Assembly (NCBI GenBank): GCA_047495785.1 | Contig: JBLDXI010000029.1 | Coordinates: 3,162,001-3,226,000, forward strand | Length of the DNA: 64,000 nucleotides | Source: Lepidodermella squamata | Lineage: Eukaryota; Animalia; Gastrotricha | Direction: 5' to 3' | Shown: positions 1 through 9,000 of the stretch, in pieces | Layout: each line of letters begins with the position of its first letter | Position numbering within the stretch: the first letter of the stretch is position 1 | Program-made: the position numbers and the translations under genes | Notes under the pieces: model-generated | Told to the model about the DNA's origin: nothing | The model's input: the letters and a program-made list of their open reading frames with translations, nothing else | Database searches by the model: none

Positions 1-69
1 TTTGGGGTACTTGATCATTTGCTCCATTTCAGCTATTTTCACCTTATCTTATAAGCCTCACTGCTTTAA

Positions 70-3000
70 CTAAAAGAGGGAATCGCTCCTTCTCATCAGC
101 TGCATGAAATCAATCATGAAATGGCCGTGCGCGAAAGTGTTGATGCCATCATCACTGACCCATCGCTTATCATCATAGGGACACAGGGCAACCTTGGAAC
201 TTTGCATCGTAACTAAGTTATGGGAGAATGATCGAATCTGATTGAAATTTATATTGACTACTTTCTTGTTCTTCACGCAATCCCTGTAATGGTCGAATGT
301 CAGCTTCGACTTCACGCCCTGCCGCTTAACTCCCTTCGCCTTTTTTATTTCATCTTTTTCTGAGTACAAAATTGCATAGACCTTGGATCGTGCTCCGGCG
401 AATTCTCGTATTACACGTCCCTTTGCTTCGTCTTTAAATACGCCGTTAGTTTTACAGTTGACAGTTGAGAATAGGAAGTGATCTTTAGGATAATCAGAGA
501 AATCGAATAGGTTTTCGATGGGTTTCATGTCTGTGTAAACGTCTCCAGTTGTGATATGGTAGCACAACGAATCTGTGTCTGTGAAAAGAAGCTTAGCTTT
601 GTCGCCGTACTTTCGTTTGATGACATTGTAGTGGAAGTCGTACATATGCACCTTGGACAAATCCAAAATGGCTGCTCCAACGATAATTGGTCGATCATAA
701 AAGATCTCAGTTTTTGCCATTTCCACGCTGAACAGCTCGTCACTTATCTTCTTAGCGTCCTTGAATGTTGGTTTGTTTACGAGTTTCTGAAGCTTCTTAG
801 GGCAAGTAACCAGTTTTAAGTCAATGCGATTCCGAACGTTCTCACAAGTTTTACCGAAAATGACGTTATTCATCAGTTTGAAAAACCCCTTCTCAAATTC
901 ATTGCTAGCCTCTTTTCGCTTTCGAGTATTGAATGCGATATAGGGCTCGGCCCAATTGCTCTGTTTGAACTTCAAAGCTCGGTGCACCTTTTTCAGAACT
1001 AGACCATTATCAAGAGCTTGCTGTAGCGCGCGATAGTGCATGACGTAATGTTTCTTGTCGTTCAGGTTTTGTGTTAGCTTTTTCACCTTCGCCGGCCTGT
1101 TAAGTCCTAATTGCTTATGCAGATCTTGCATGTGAGGGCTCGGTTCGCAAAGAATATGCTCTGGACAGAACGGATAGTCATTATGTGAGTCATGAAGCCT
1201 TGCAGGATAGTCGATATCAACCTCCAGCATGTACCCGAATTCGTCTTGGTCCCCAAGTGACTTCACAAAATCTTTGGTGATTGTTTCAGGGCCAATCCAT
1301 TCGAAGTCTTTCTGCGGTAACCACTGGGTCATCGCGAAAGAATAAAGAGCGTTGGCGTCCCAATACATTATAAACGATTTCGGAGCATTTGCGTCATAGT
1401 CTGTCATACCCTCGTTATTAGCCTTCGCGTACCTCCCAGGAATAACAGCTATACCGCCTCTTATGCCTTTTTCAACGAATTCAAGCATCTCCTTATTATC
1501 AAAGAGATCCAGTTCAACACGTGTGTATTTCAACATCGCGTCCCAACTTAACCCAGGTGCACCTAAATAATGCGCCGGGTCCAGATCGTAATAGCTTTTG
1601 CAGGTGTCTCGAAAACTGTCAAAACAATCTGCTAACAAGAGAACATCTGTTTTCAAATACAGGTCGTGGTAGTCTTTCAGAGTTTTGCAATTCAGTTTTG
1701 ACCAAACGGCTTGTGCGTGTTCATAATCCTCGTCAGATATAGAAGTTATTTCGATTTTGTTATCATCAAGCGAACAAGAATTTAGTCTGCATGAGAAATG
1801 TGACTTATTCGGTAGCTGAGTTTCATTCAGTTTGTCGAGGCTATCTATATAATCGTACGGATACACTCCCTTACGAAGTAGCAGGGATCTTTGTTCAGTT
1901 GTGAACTTAGAAAGCTGTTCATCAAAATGAGCGAATCTCTTTCCCGATTTTTTCAGATTACTGACTATCTGGTCCAGGCTTTCACTCATAAACTGAAACG
2001 TATCGATAAATCGCAGTTTGCCTATACTAAAACTTAAATACTTTTCCGAGGAATTAGCTATGACGTCAATCGTCAACAGGTTTGGTCTTTTCTTTTTGTC
2101 TTCTTTTTTGAAATTTGCAATCTTTTCTCCATTGATTTCGTTTACTACTTTTCCGGCTGCCTGCATTATCAAGTGCGAATCGTACCCACTCAGGTTATGA
2201 AAAACAACCGGGATGAAAGAATGCTTGAGATTCAAATTCAGATTGCAGGCATTATGAGCAGCTCCCCTGAAACGGCCTGTAAGATGGTCATGATCGCGGA
2301 CTTTATCGTCGCCCAAGGCGCTTCGGCAAACATGGCAGTGCTGTGCATTATCATAACTTTGTTGCTCTTGTTGAGATAACACCATGTCTTTATTGGTTTC
2401 CTGGATAAATGTCCTCAAACTGTATTGCTTTTTAATCAAGAATCTCAGGAACTGCTCCGCACAATTCGCCCCTTCAAACTGCCAATACTTCGAACGGATC
2501 TCAGGTACCTTACTAGCCAGTAAACATCCGAAGGAATTCGCAGCATGGTTCTGATAAATCAAGGACCTACCCTTTTGAACATCGGAATTCGTTAGCGTAG
2601 TCTCCGCATCACAATAGAAAACGAACGGTACTTCAAGCTGCTTGTAGTAATTTTTGAAAATAACTCGGCTACCTTTCGGAGGAAACTTCACTATGACGTT
2701 GCCATTTACTATGCAATTATGCTCTTTAAGCTTTATTTCGCTGTCGAATCCAGTCAGACACTGTAAGCACCAATGCTTTTTGTGCTGATCAGAACTAGGT
2801 AGCAACCGGCTCAAATTTTTTATCCAGCTGAAGTGTGCTATCACCTTAGCACCGTCTCTGAGAGTTGTTCGCAGAAGGTTAACTTCTTGGGCGTAAGGTT
2901 TCTTCGACGCGTAGTATGAAATAAGGCGATGACAACCATCTTTTTCTTTGTATTCAATCACGTTGATCTTTATCCTATTCTGATCTTCAAGATTTGAAAT

Positions 3001-4113
3001 ATCGTTCCACGAAATGGGAAACTTGATACCGTCATGTTTCAGTTCATTTTTAAATAACTTGTACTTGGATGTTTCCTGTGCATTTTTATCTACTGGATGC
3101 AAGCAAGCCAGCATGCTCCAGATTATGCATTCATCGTCGGTGTTTTTAACATTTATAACGGCCTTTTTATCAGCAATGAACTTCGGTGTTGGAATGTAAG
3201 ATCCTGTCCCTAACGGGCAGTAGCTGAAAGCACAAACACGGAGTCGCGAAATGTTTTGGAAGATCCATCCGGAGCCGCGCTGCTCGTAATTCTCAATGGC
3301 ACCACCAAGTTGAGAGAAGTGATGGTCTACAACGCTCCCTATGTCATCATATTTCCTGATAACTGGGGCAGCCTTTACAGCGGAAGACCATTTATGTTCT
3401 GATTTACTATTGTTCTCTTTTTTCCAATTCAAATCAGCGTTAAACACTATTTTGATGTTATCATTTTGCTCTAATTTTTCTTGCACGTAGTTAACAACTG
3501 ATTCCCTAGCCTTTTCGGTAAATAGATGGAAATCACTTCCTGAATTATGAGCTTCAATGTCTAACCTATAAAGGATATTCTTGAAATGCTCGGGATTTTT
3601 CTGCTCATTAAATTCCATATAATTGTTATCCTCAAGAGAGTTAATGCGCTCGATATAATTGTAGCCTTCGGCAATCAACTTGTTGTACGTTGGTCCACCC
3701 CATTTGATGAATTTCAAAGTCTTAGGATTTATGACATGATTTTCTTTCTGCCCTCTGAACACCATTTCACCAGCAGCATTCAAGAAATAGCCATCTTTAC
3801 GCAGCCTCTGATAGTCCTGGCTGCCCCTTTTTATCTTGCTCACACCTCGTTTCATAAGCTGATTATTCGCTTCGTCATAGAAAAACTCCTTTTCAAGTTT
3901 TTTGAAGTTGGACGAACCGATAGAAATATATTTGTTTGTGATAGGATTTAATACTGTTTTCCTTTGGGTTCTCTCGTAAGGCATCCCACCCTTCGTCCAA
4001 CGGTTATCTTTTAATTCAAAACCCTTCCTCAATAGCGCATTGTATGCTCGGCCACCAACCTTAATACGACGACCGTTAGGTCCCATTACATTGGTTTCAC
4101 TGTTGTCGGTCAT
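70..4113 (-). CDS. polB: Protein-primed family B DNA polymerase (pPolB) with inserted endonuclease VII-like Zn domain
   Basis: ExoI FYCDAET, ExoII FHNLSGYD, ExoIII YLKTDV; polymerase motifs YWDANALY, KLMNNVIFGK, FTDTDS; CHVC..VRDHDHLTGRFRGAAHNACNL EndoVII-like insert; 1347 aa uninterrupted. Confidence 0.97.
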   Translation of the reverse strand: MTDNSETNVMGPNGRRIKVGGRAYNALLRKGFELKDNRWTKGGMPYERTQRKTVLNPITNKYISIGSSNFKKLEKEFFYDEANNQLMKRGVSKIKRGSQDYQRLRKDGYFLNAAGEMVFRGQKENHVINPKTLKFIKWGGPTYNKLIAEGYNYIERINSLEDNNYMEFNEQKNPEHFKNILYRLDIEAHNSGSDFHLFTEKARESVVNYVQEKLEQNDNIKIVFNADLNWKKENNSKSEHKWSSAVKAAPVIRKYDDIGSVVDHHFSQLGGAIENYEQRGSGWIFQNISRLRVCAFSYCPLGTGSYIPTPKFIADKKAVINVKNTDDECIIWSMLACLHPVDKNAQETSKYKLFKNELKHDGIKFPISWNDISNLEDQNRIKINVIEYKEKDGCHRLISYYASKKPYAQEVNLLRTTLRDGAKVIAHFSWIKNLSRLLPSSDQHKKHWCLQCLTGFDSEIKLKEHNCIVNGNVIVKFPPKGSRVIFKNYYKQLEVPFVFYCDAETTLTNSDVQKGRSLIYQNHAANSFGCLLASKVPEIRSKYWQFEGANCAEQFLRFLIKKQYSLRTFIQETNKDMVLSQQEQQSYDNAQHCHVCRSALGDDKVRDHDHLTGRFRGAAHNACNLNLNLKHSFIPVVFHNLSGYDSHLIMQAAGKVVNEINGEKIANFKKEDKKKRPNLLTIDVIANSSEKYLSFSIGKLRFIDTFQFMSESLDQIVSNLKKSGKRFAHFDEQLSKFTTEQRSLLLRKGVYPYDYIDSLDKLNETQLPNKSHFSCRLNSCSLDDNKIEITSISDEDYEHAQAVWSKLNCKTLKDYHDLYLKTDVLLLADCFDSFRDTCKSYYDLDPAHYLGAPGLSWDAMLKYTRVELDLFDNKEMLEFVEKGIRGGIAVIPGRYAKANNEGMTDYDANAPKSFIMYWDANALYSFAMTQWLPQKDFEWIGPETITKDFVKSLGDQDEFGYMLEVDIDYPARLHDSHNDYPFCPEHILCEPSPHMQDLHKQLGLNRPAKVKKLTQNLNDKKHYVMHYRALQQALDNGLVLKKVHRALKFKQSNWAEPYIAFNTRKRKEASNEFEKGFFKLMNNVIFGKTCENVRNRIDLKLVTCPKKLQKLVNKPTFKDAKKISDELFSVEMAKTEIFYDRPIIVGAAILDLSKVHMYDFHYNVIKRKYGDKAKLLFTDTDSLCYHITTGDVYTDMKPIENLFDFSDYPKDHFLFSTVNCKTNGVFKDEAKGRVIREFAGARSKVYAILYSEKDEIKKAKGVKRQGVKSKLTFDHYRDCVKNKKVVNINFNQIRSFSHNLVTMQSSKVALCPYDDKRWVSDDGINTFAHGHFMIDFMQLMRRSDSLF

Positions 4114-4205
4114 GATTGTATATATTATACTAAGAAAATAATCTTTAAGTAATTTTCCGCAATTTAAGAAAATCTTATATAGTTTTTTTCTAATGATAAT
4201 ATATA

Positions 4206-4505
4206 ATGACTACAAACCCGATTAAGCAAAGAGGTCGCCCGAAGAAATATCTGACTGAAGAAGAACGCGAGACAGGCTATCGTGATCAGCATCGTATAGC
4301 TTGCAAAAACTACTGGAAGAAAACTATGGAAGTAGTTAGAGCAAGTCGTGGACAGGGAAAATGTCATGAAGTAACTTCACAAATGGAAGGAGCGATCACA
4401 AGTGACAGAATGTGTGAGCCTAAGTCTGAAAACCTTACGACGAAGGATATAGAGGAAATTATAAATCAAATGTTGGCAACAAAACTGCAAAAATTGCTCT
4501 CATAG
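4206..4505 (+). CDS. Small basic protein with AT-hook motif
   Basis: KQRGRPKK AT-hook core; TCTA at 4189-4192, 13 nt before the ATG. Confidence 0.65.
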   Translation: MTTNPIKQRGRPKKYLTEEERETGYRDQHRIACKNYWKKTMEVVRASRGQGKCHEVTSQMEGAITSDRMCEPKSENLTTKDIEEIINQMLATKLQKLLS

Positions 4506-4530
4506 GCTTCACTGTGCGGTCATGATTGAA

Positions 4531-5952
4531 CTAATCCAACAAGTTATCAGCGGGCTCCCAAGTCGGCTTATCATATCCTGCCCATTTGACGTAAACCATT
4601 TCTTTACCTTTAACTTTCTTCCTTCTCAAAATCTTTTCAACCCGGTAAAGGTTTTCTTGCTGTTGGGAAGATTTCTGCAATTCCTGTTCGTAAAAGCTAC
4701 CTACTACTGGTTCACCATCTAGAGCCTCGATTTTATAGGTTCTAGGAATGGTTTCGTTAACCTTGACGACTTTAAGAAGCTCTTCACTCCATGAAGGGTG
4801 GAAACCTTTTTCAAAGGTCTCTTTCAGTCGGCTGATCCTCACTATGTCACCAACAGCGAATTTGGGCTTAAGTAACTTTTTTTCCTCTGATTCCGCGTAC
4901 AAATTGTTGTGAACGATGTGTCTATTCTTTGGATCTATCGCCTGAGTTGGCGTCATTCGAATCGATCTGTGCTTAGTAAGGTTGTACTCTCGAACTAGGT
5001 CATCTAATATTGCAACCCAATTACGTGAGTTGTTAAGTGTAAAGCGTTTCCACATTCTAGTTTTAAGAGTCCTGTTAAACCTCTCGATCATAGGGTTATG
5101 AAAATTTTCATAGGTAGAGTACCGATTCACCTTATTTGCTTTCAACCATTTAGTGAAGATTGAATTATAAAATTCACTGCCCTCATCGACCCAAATATTT
5201 TTAGGCTTTCGTCGGCTTGTCTTGATAACTGATGAGAAGGCATCGAAAACACTTTTTGCGTCTTTTAATTTCAGTGGGACGGCCCACGCATATCTGCTGA
5301 AGCAGCATATCACGGTCAAAATGTACTTATAGCCATTATTGTCATCGGTCAAGTCGTTCATGAAGACAATGTCCATGCCCCATGTGTCGTCAACGTTATG
5401 CACATAAACGCGACGTCTTGGAAACCGCTTTCTTGCGGGTTTATGAAGCTCCTCAGCTAATGTTTCAAACTTCATTTTGCTAACTGTTTCTGATCGCGGC
5501 GCCTCTTGTTTTGTCTTTCGCTTCGGAATTTGTTGCGAGTAGCTAACAGGTTTCCTATCTCGAAGAGCCATGCCTTTCCCTTGCAGATGGTCAGCGATTC
5601 CACCTTCAACGAACGTTTTGTAGACAAATGCTGCCATAGCCCTCTCATAACCACTTTTCGATCGATCACTAGCAATCCTGAGTGCCTTGTCTGCAAGAAT
5701 TCTATCGCTAACGGTGCGTCGCTCTCTGTCTTTGTAAAAGTGATAAGCAGCGTCATGTTCTCTGGCTGCCTCGTCCAACTCATTTATACCTCTGTAGCCC
5801 TGGCTCATTCTTTGAACAAAATGTGTTCCTGGGCCAGCGTAGCTATATGACTGCTTATTGTTATAAGACCCTCCAGGAACGGTTTCTCCTTGAACGGGAT
5901 AACTCGGTAAATGGAATTCCACCGGCAAATTGTTAATTATTCTGTCAAACAT
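4531..5952 (-). CDS. Fusion of parvovirus-type phospholipase A2 domain, retroviral-like (rve) integrase and chromodomain
   Basis: N-terminal YAGPGT Ca-loop and LDEAAREHDAAY...D catalytic motif; integrase DDE in WGMDIV / WVDEGSEF / MIERFNRTLK; C-terminal YRVEKIL...VKWAGYDKPTWEP chromodomain. Confidence 0.93.
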   Translation of the reverse strand: MFDRIINNLPVEFHLPSYPVQGETVPGGSYNNKQSYSYAGPGTHFVQRMSQGYRGINELDEAAREHDAAYHFYKDRERRTVSDRILADKALRIASDRSKSGYERAMAAFVYKTFVEGGIADHLQGKGMALRDRKPVSYSQQIPKRKTKQEAPRSETVSKMKFETLAEELHKPARKRFPRRRVYVHNVDDTWGMDIVFMNDLTDDNNGYKYILTVICCFSRYAWAVPLKLKDAKSVFDAFSSVIKTSRRKPKNIWVDEGSEFYNSIFTKWLKANKVNRYSTYENFHNPMIERFNRTLKTRMWKRFTLNNSRNWVAILDDLVREYNLTKHRSIRMTPTQAIDPKNRHIVHNNLYAESEEKKLLKPKFAVGDIVRISRLKETFEKGFHPSWSEELLKVVKVNETIPRTYKIEALDGEPVVGSFYEQELQKSSQQQENLYRVEKILRRKKVKGKEMVYVKWAGYDKPTWEPADNLLD

Positions 5953-5988
5953 TATTCATTTGGACTTGAAATTCTAAATAAAGAGCAA

Positions 5989-6681
5989 ATGATCAATTGG
6001 GACAGCATCGTTCAATCACAACGACAGGAGTACAAAAATGGATCTCCCTTTTTCCCTCAGCATCCTTCTCGATGTCTTATTATTGGACCGTCCGGGACCG
6101 GAAAGACTTCAGATCTGTTGACAATACTGCATAACTCCTTTTTTCACAAGATCTACTTATATTGTAAAACTCTTGATGAGGACAAGTACGAGTACCTGAT
6201 TAAGCTTCAGAAACAGAAGGAAGACATTCTTTCAAAGCAAGGAATTTCAGTAAACCTTGTTCACTCTTCCAATGACATTTCTGAAGTCATGCCTCTTGAA
6301 GGCCTAGATAAAAGTTACCAGCATGCTTATATATTCGACGATATTTGCATGGAGCAAAAGAGGCTGCAAGAAACACATATCGGTGCAATGTGGATAAGAT
6401 GCCGAAAGTACAACGCGTCAGCTTTTTATCTTTCGCAGTCATATTTTAAGATCCCAAAGACAATTAGGGATAATGCCGATTTTGTTGTGCTGAAGAAGCT
6501 GGCAGACAACAGGGAGCTGAGCATAATTCATCGAATATACGCCCCCTCAATTAAGACAACTGAATTTATTGCCAAGTACAATGAAGCCGTTAGCCTTCCT
6601 CATGGTTCGTTTATCATTGACGGTCAAAGCAAGCCACAGTGTCTTCGACTTAGAGCTAATTACGCTTCAATCTTCGCCTAA
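5989..6681 (+). CDS. A32/FtsK-like DNA packaging ATPase
   Basis: Walker A GPSGTGKT, Walker B YIFDD, RCRKYN and LSQSYFKIPKTIRDN motifs. ATG 5989 preferred over 5911 because it avoids overlap with the integrase and has TCTA 12 nt upstream. Confidence 0.93.
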   Translation: MINWDSIVQSQRQEYKNGSPFFPQHPSRCLIIGPSGTGKTSDLLTILHNSFFHKIYLYCKTLDEDKYEYLIKLQKQKEDILSKQGISVNLVHSSNDISEVMPLEGLDKSYQHAYIFDDICMEQKRLQETHIGAMWIRCRKYNASAFYLSQSYFKIPKTIRDNADFVVLKKLADNRELSIIHRIYAPSIKTTEFIAKYNEAVSLPHGSFIIDGQSKPQCLRLRANYASIFA

Positions 6682-6881
6682 TCATTTTTAACTATTAAAA
6701 ATTAGTTTAAATTATCTATCAAACAGTTTGAATTATCTTGGCTTCACTGATTATCTCCAGTATAAGATGAGTTCAACTGAGCGTTCAATGGGCGATCATT
6801 AGGCGTTCAACAAGCGATCATGTGGCTAACGAGGAGCGACCGCTGGGCGAACAAGGAGCGATTTATTCTAGCCAGAGTGAT

Positions 6882-7925
6882 ATGCCGCTACGCGAATTAA
6901 CAACTGATGAACAAATTCGAATTCTTGAAGATTTAGATAAGCAGGAGAAGATGTACGACCGACACTTGGCCATGGTTAAAGGTGATGTATATGCTTTAAA
7001 GTATAAGCATAGTGTAAATGTTGAGCCCGATCCCCTTACAGCTTTGCAAGAGACTTACAGGCAGATGCCAACTGTGGAGGCAATAAGATCCGTTGCCAAG
7101 GAGCTCAAACAAACAGCAAAGAGAAGCTTACCAACAGCTAATCACCCGCATCACCTAGAAGCGGTATTACCAAAGGCGGAACCGACAACTGAAGAGGCGA
7201 AGGAATCAGTGGAGAACATAGTTTTGAAGAGACATAACTTCCCCACAGCTAAAGAAATTGAAGAGGCTGGGGCTGACCCCGCGCATATTATTGTATCTCT
7301 TTCGCACTATAACAAAAATGTTTTGGGCTCCCAACTAGCTCAGCTCACTAAAAAAGGATACAAAGACTCTCCACAGTATCAATCGATTCAAAATGATATA
7401 CAGATTTTGAAAAACTTCAAGAACTCGTTGCTTGAGACATTTGAGAATCAAAGGGTGCTACTTGAGAAAACTGGTACAGGTATATCCAACAATTATTTGA
7501 AGATTGGTAGGTTTTACGCCAGAAAAGACGACATAAGGCGAGGGGTTTTAAGGATTCGCAAGAAGAATAAAGGTAAAGTGCAAGGTTTAGCCGATATAGA
7601 CATAAGTGATGGTGTCAAACGATTGCTCTTGAAAAGGTACAATCCGAAGGTGAACTTTTCTAAGCAAGACTATGATCAATACCAAAAAATTTGTGAACTG
7701 ACTGGATATCGACCAAAACCCCATTCTAAAATCTGGAACAGAATTTACGTGACTGATGTTGTTGATGCCCAAAAGAGGCTCGTAAACGCGATTGGTGAAA
7801 TCAGAGCGGGAAACAATAACGCTGAAATATATAACGAAGTTGTGAGTATTGCAGATTTTCTTTTGAAGAACAATAGACTGACCAAAGCTGAATACGAAAA
7901 TCTAATAACAGTGGTAAATGGGTGA
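6882..7925 (+). CDS. Conserved Polinton protein of unknown function
   Basis: Long ORF between ATPase and penton; C-terminal RLxxxxGExxAGNNN..NEV..I.D.L motif recalled from Polinton proteins; first ATG at 6882 with TCTA 11 nt upstream. Confidence 0.7.
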   Translation: MPLRELTTDEQIRILEDLDKQEKMYDRHLAMVKGDVYALKYKHSVNVEPDPLTALQETYRQMPTVEAIRSVAKELKQTAKRSLPTANHPHHLEAVLPKAEPTTEEAKESVENIVLKRHNFPTAKEIEEAGADPAHIIVSLSHYNKNVLGSQLAQLTKKGYKDSPQYQSIQNDIQILKNFKNSLLETFENQRVLLEKTGTGISNNYLKIGRFYARKDDIRRGVLRIRKKNKGKVQGLADIDISDGVKRLLLKRYNPKVNFSKQDYDQYQKICELTGYRPKPHSKIWNRIYVTDVVDAQKRLVNAIGEIRAGNNNAEIYNEVVSIADFLLKNNRLTKAEYENLITVVNG

Positions 7926-8658
7926 TCCAATATTTCTGCCTTTGGAATATTACTGCAATAACAGGTCGGACGCCAGCAACGTCATCGATCGTTACCTAAA
8001 TGATAAGATCGATTTCACAAAGCGCAGCATCGCCGTTTCATACATTCACTTTTACGATGTTTTTTATAATGTATCACAGGCTTCAGGTAATAGTAAGCTC
8101 AGATATAAAGATCCAGAAGATGCGACTTTTGAAATTCGATTTCCTGATGGAACCTTCACTTTTCGTGATTATAACAATTATATTCACTTTGTTATGAAAG
8201 GAAACGGCCATTTCAAGACCATCGACGGCTCAGAAGTTTACGGCATAAGCTTATCTGTCAATACTGTTCTGAATAAACTGAGCTTTCGAATTCAACCAGG
8301 TTACGCTCTTCTGATCGAGCATGATGCTACGTCTGAATTTCTAGGTGTAGACAAAGGCGAATTCCGAGCAGATTTTAATGGGCAGCATATTCCTAACATC
8401 ACGATGTCAAATGACTCAATGTTTGTTCACTGTAACGTCGTCAATAATAGCCTAGTCCCGGAGGTTAGTGATGTCATCTTCACCTGTCCGATTAACAAAA
8501 ATTTCGGCCAACACGTTAACATTGTTCCAAATGAGAAACGTTACTTGTCCTGTACGAATGCTAATACACAAAACATAAAAATAACGCTCACCACCCAGGC
8601 TGGTGCACCACTGGAGATGACTGAAAGAAAATGGGGTATTGGTCTTGATATTCGCTAG
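7918..8658 (+). CDS. Minor capsid protein (penton-like, single jelly-roll)
   Basis: FPDGTFTFRDYNNYI and MFVHCNVV...SDVIF...FGQHVNIVP motifs typical of Polinton PX/penton; beta-rich; position in the morphogenetic block. Confidence 0.85.
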   Translation: MGDPIFLPLEYYCNNRSDASNVIDRYLNDKIDFTKRSIAVSYIHFYDVFYNVSQASGNSKLRYKDPEDATFEIRFPDGTFTFRDYNNYIHFVMKGNGHFKTIDGSEVYGISLSVNTVLNKLSFRIQPGYALLIEHDATSEFLGVDKGEFRADFNGQHIPNITMSNDSMFVHCNVVNNSLVPEVSDVIFTCPINKNFGQHVNIVPNEKRYLSCTNANTQNIKITLTTQAGAPLEMTERKWGIGLDIR

Positions 8659-8681
8659 CTTTTTCTAGTTACTTTGTTATA

Positions 8682-8981
8682 ATGAAAAATCGCAGAACAA
8701 AAGCATATGTCGTAGGACGCGGTTACGTAGACATCGCAAGAAATATGCTCGACAAATTGACTGGTGTCTTACCGGTTCAGACTTTAGCCAAATCAGCTCT
8801 ATCAAAGGCAGCGGAAGTTGCCGGTGACAAAATAGGTGCCTATGCCGCAAATAAACTTGCAGACAAAGTGATGCCGACAAAGCCAGCTGAGCGCTCTATT
8901 CAGGCTATTGAGGAGCTTGAGAAGAAAATCAAAAGAGACATCGATAATTACACCGGAACAGGCTTTAAGCTGATACGCTAA
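8682..8981 (+). CDS. Small Ala/Lys-rich amphipathic protein, putative virion core or membrane-active protein
   Basis: Lies between penton and MCP; GxG sites VVGRG and YTGTG flank an amphipathic A/K-rich helix; TCTA 14 nt upstream. Confidence 0.65.
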   Translation: MKNRRTKAYVVGRGYVDIARNMLDKLTGVLPVQTLAKSALSKAAEVAGDKIGAYAANKLADKVMPTKPAERSIQAIEELEKKIKRDIDNYTGTGFKLIR

Positions 8982-9000
8982 ATATCTAATGCCTATTTAA

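Noticed and set aside
525-3951. Several short ORFs overlapping polB, and similar shadow ORFs over other long genes
   Set aside because: Antisense or alternate-frame by-products with no motifs.
5911-5988. Longer ATPase start given by the ORF track
   Set aside because: It overlaps the integrase start on the opposite strand; ATG 5989 fits the shared TCTA spacing.
6761-6769. Baculovirus-like ATAAG late promoter (TATAAGATG, also before 14206)
   Set aside because: Only two instances, one leading to an 11-codon ORF; not systematic.
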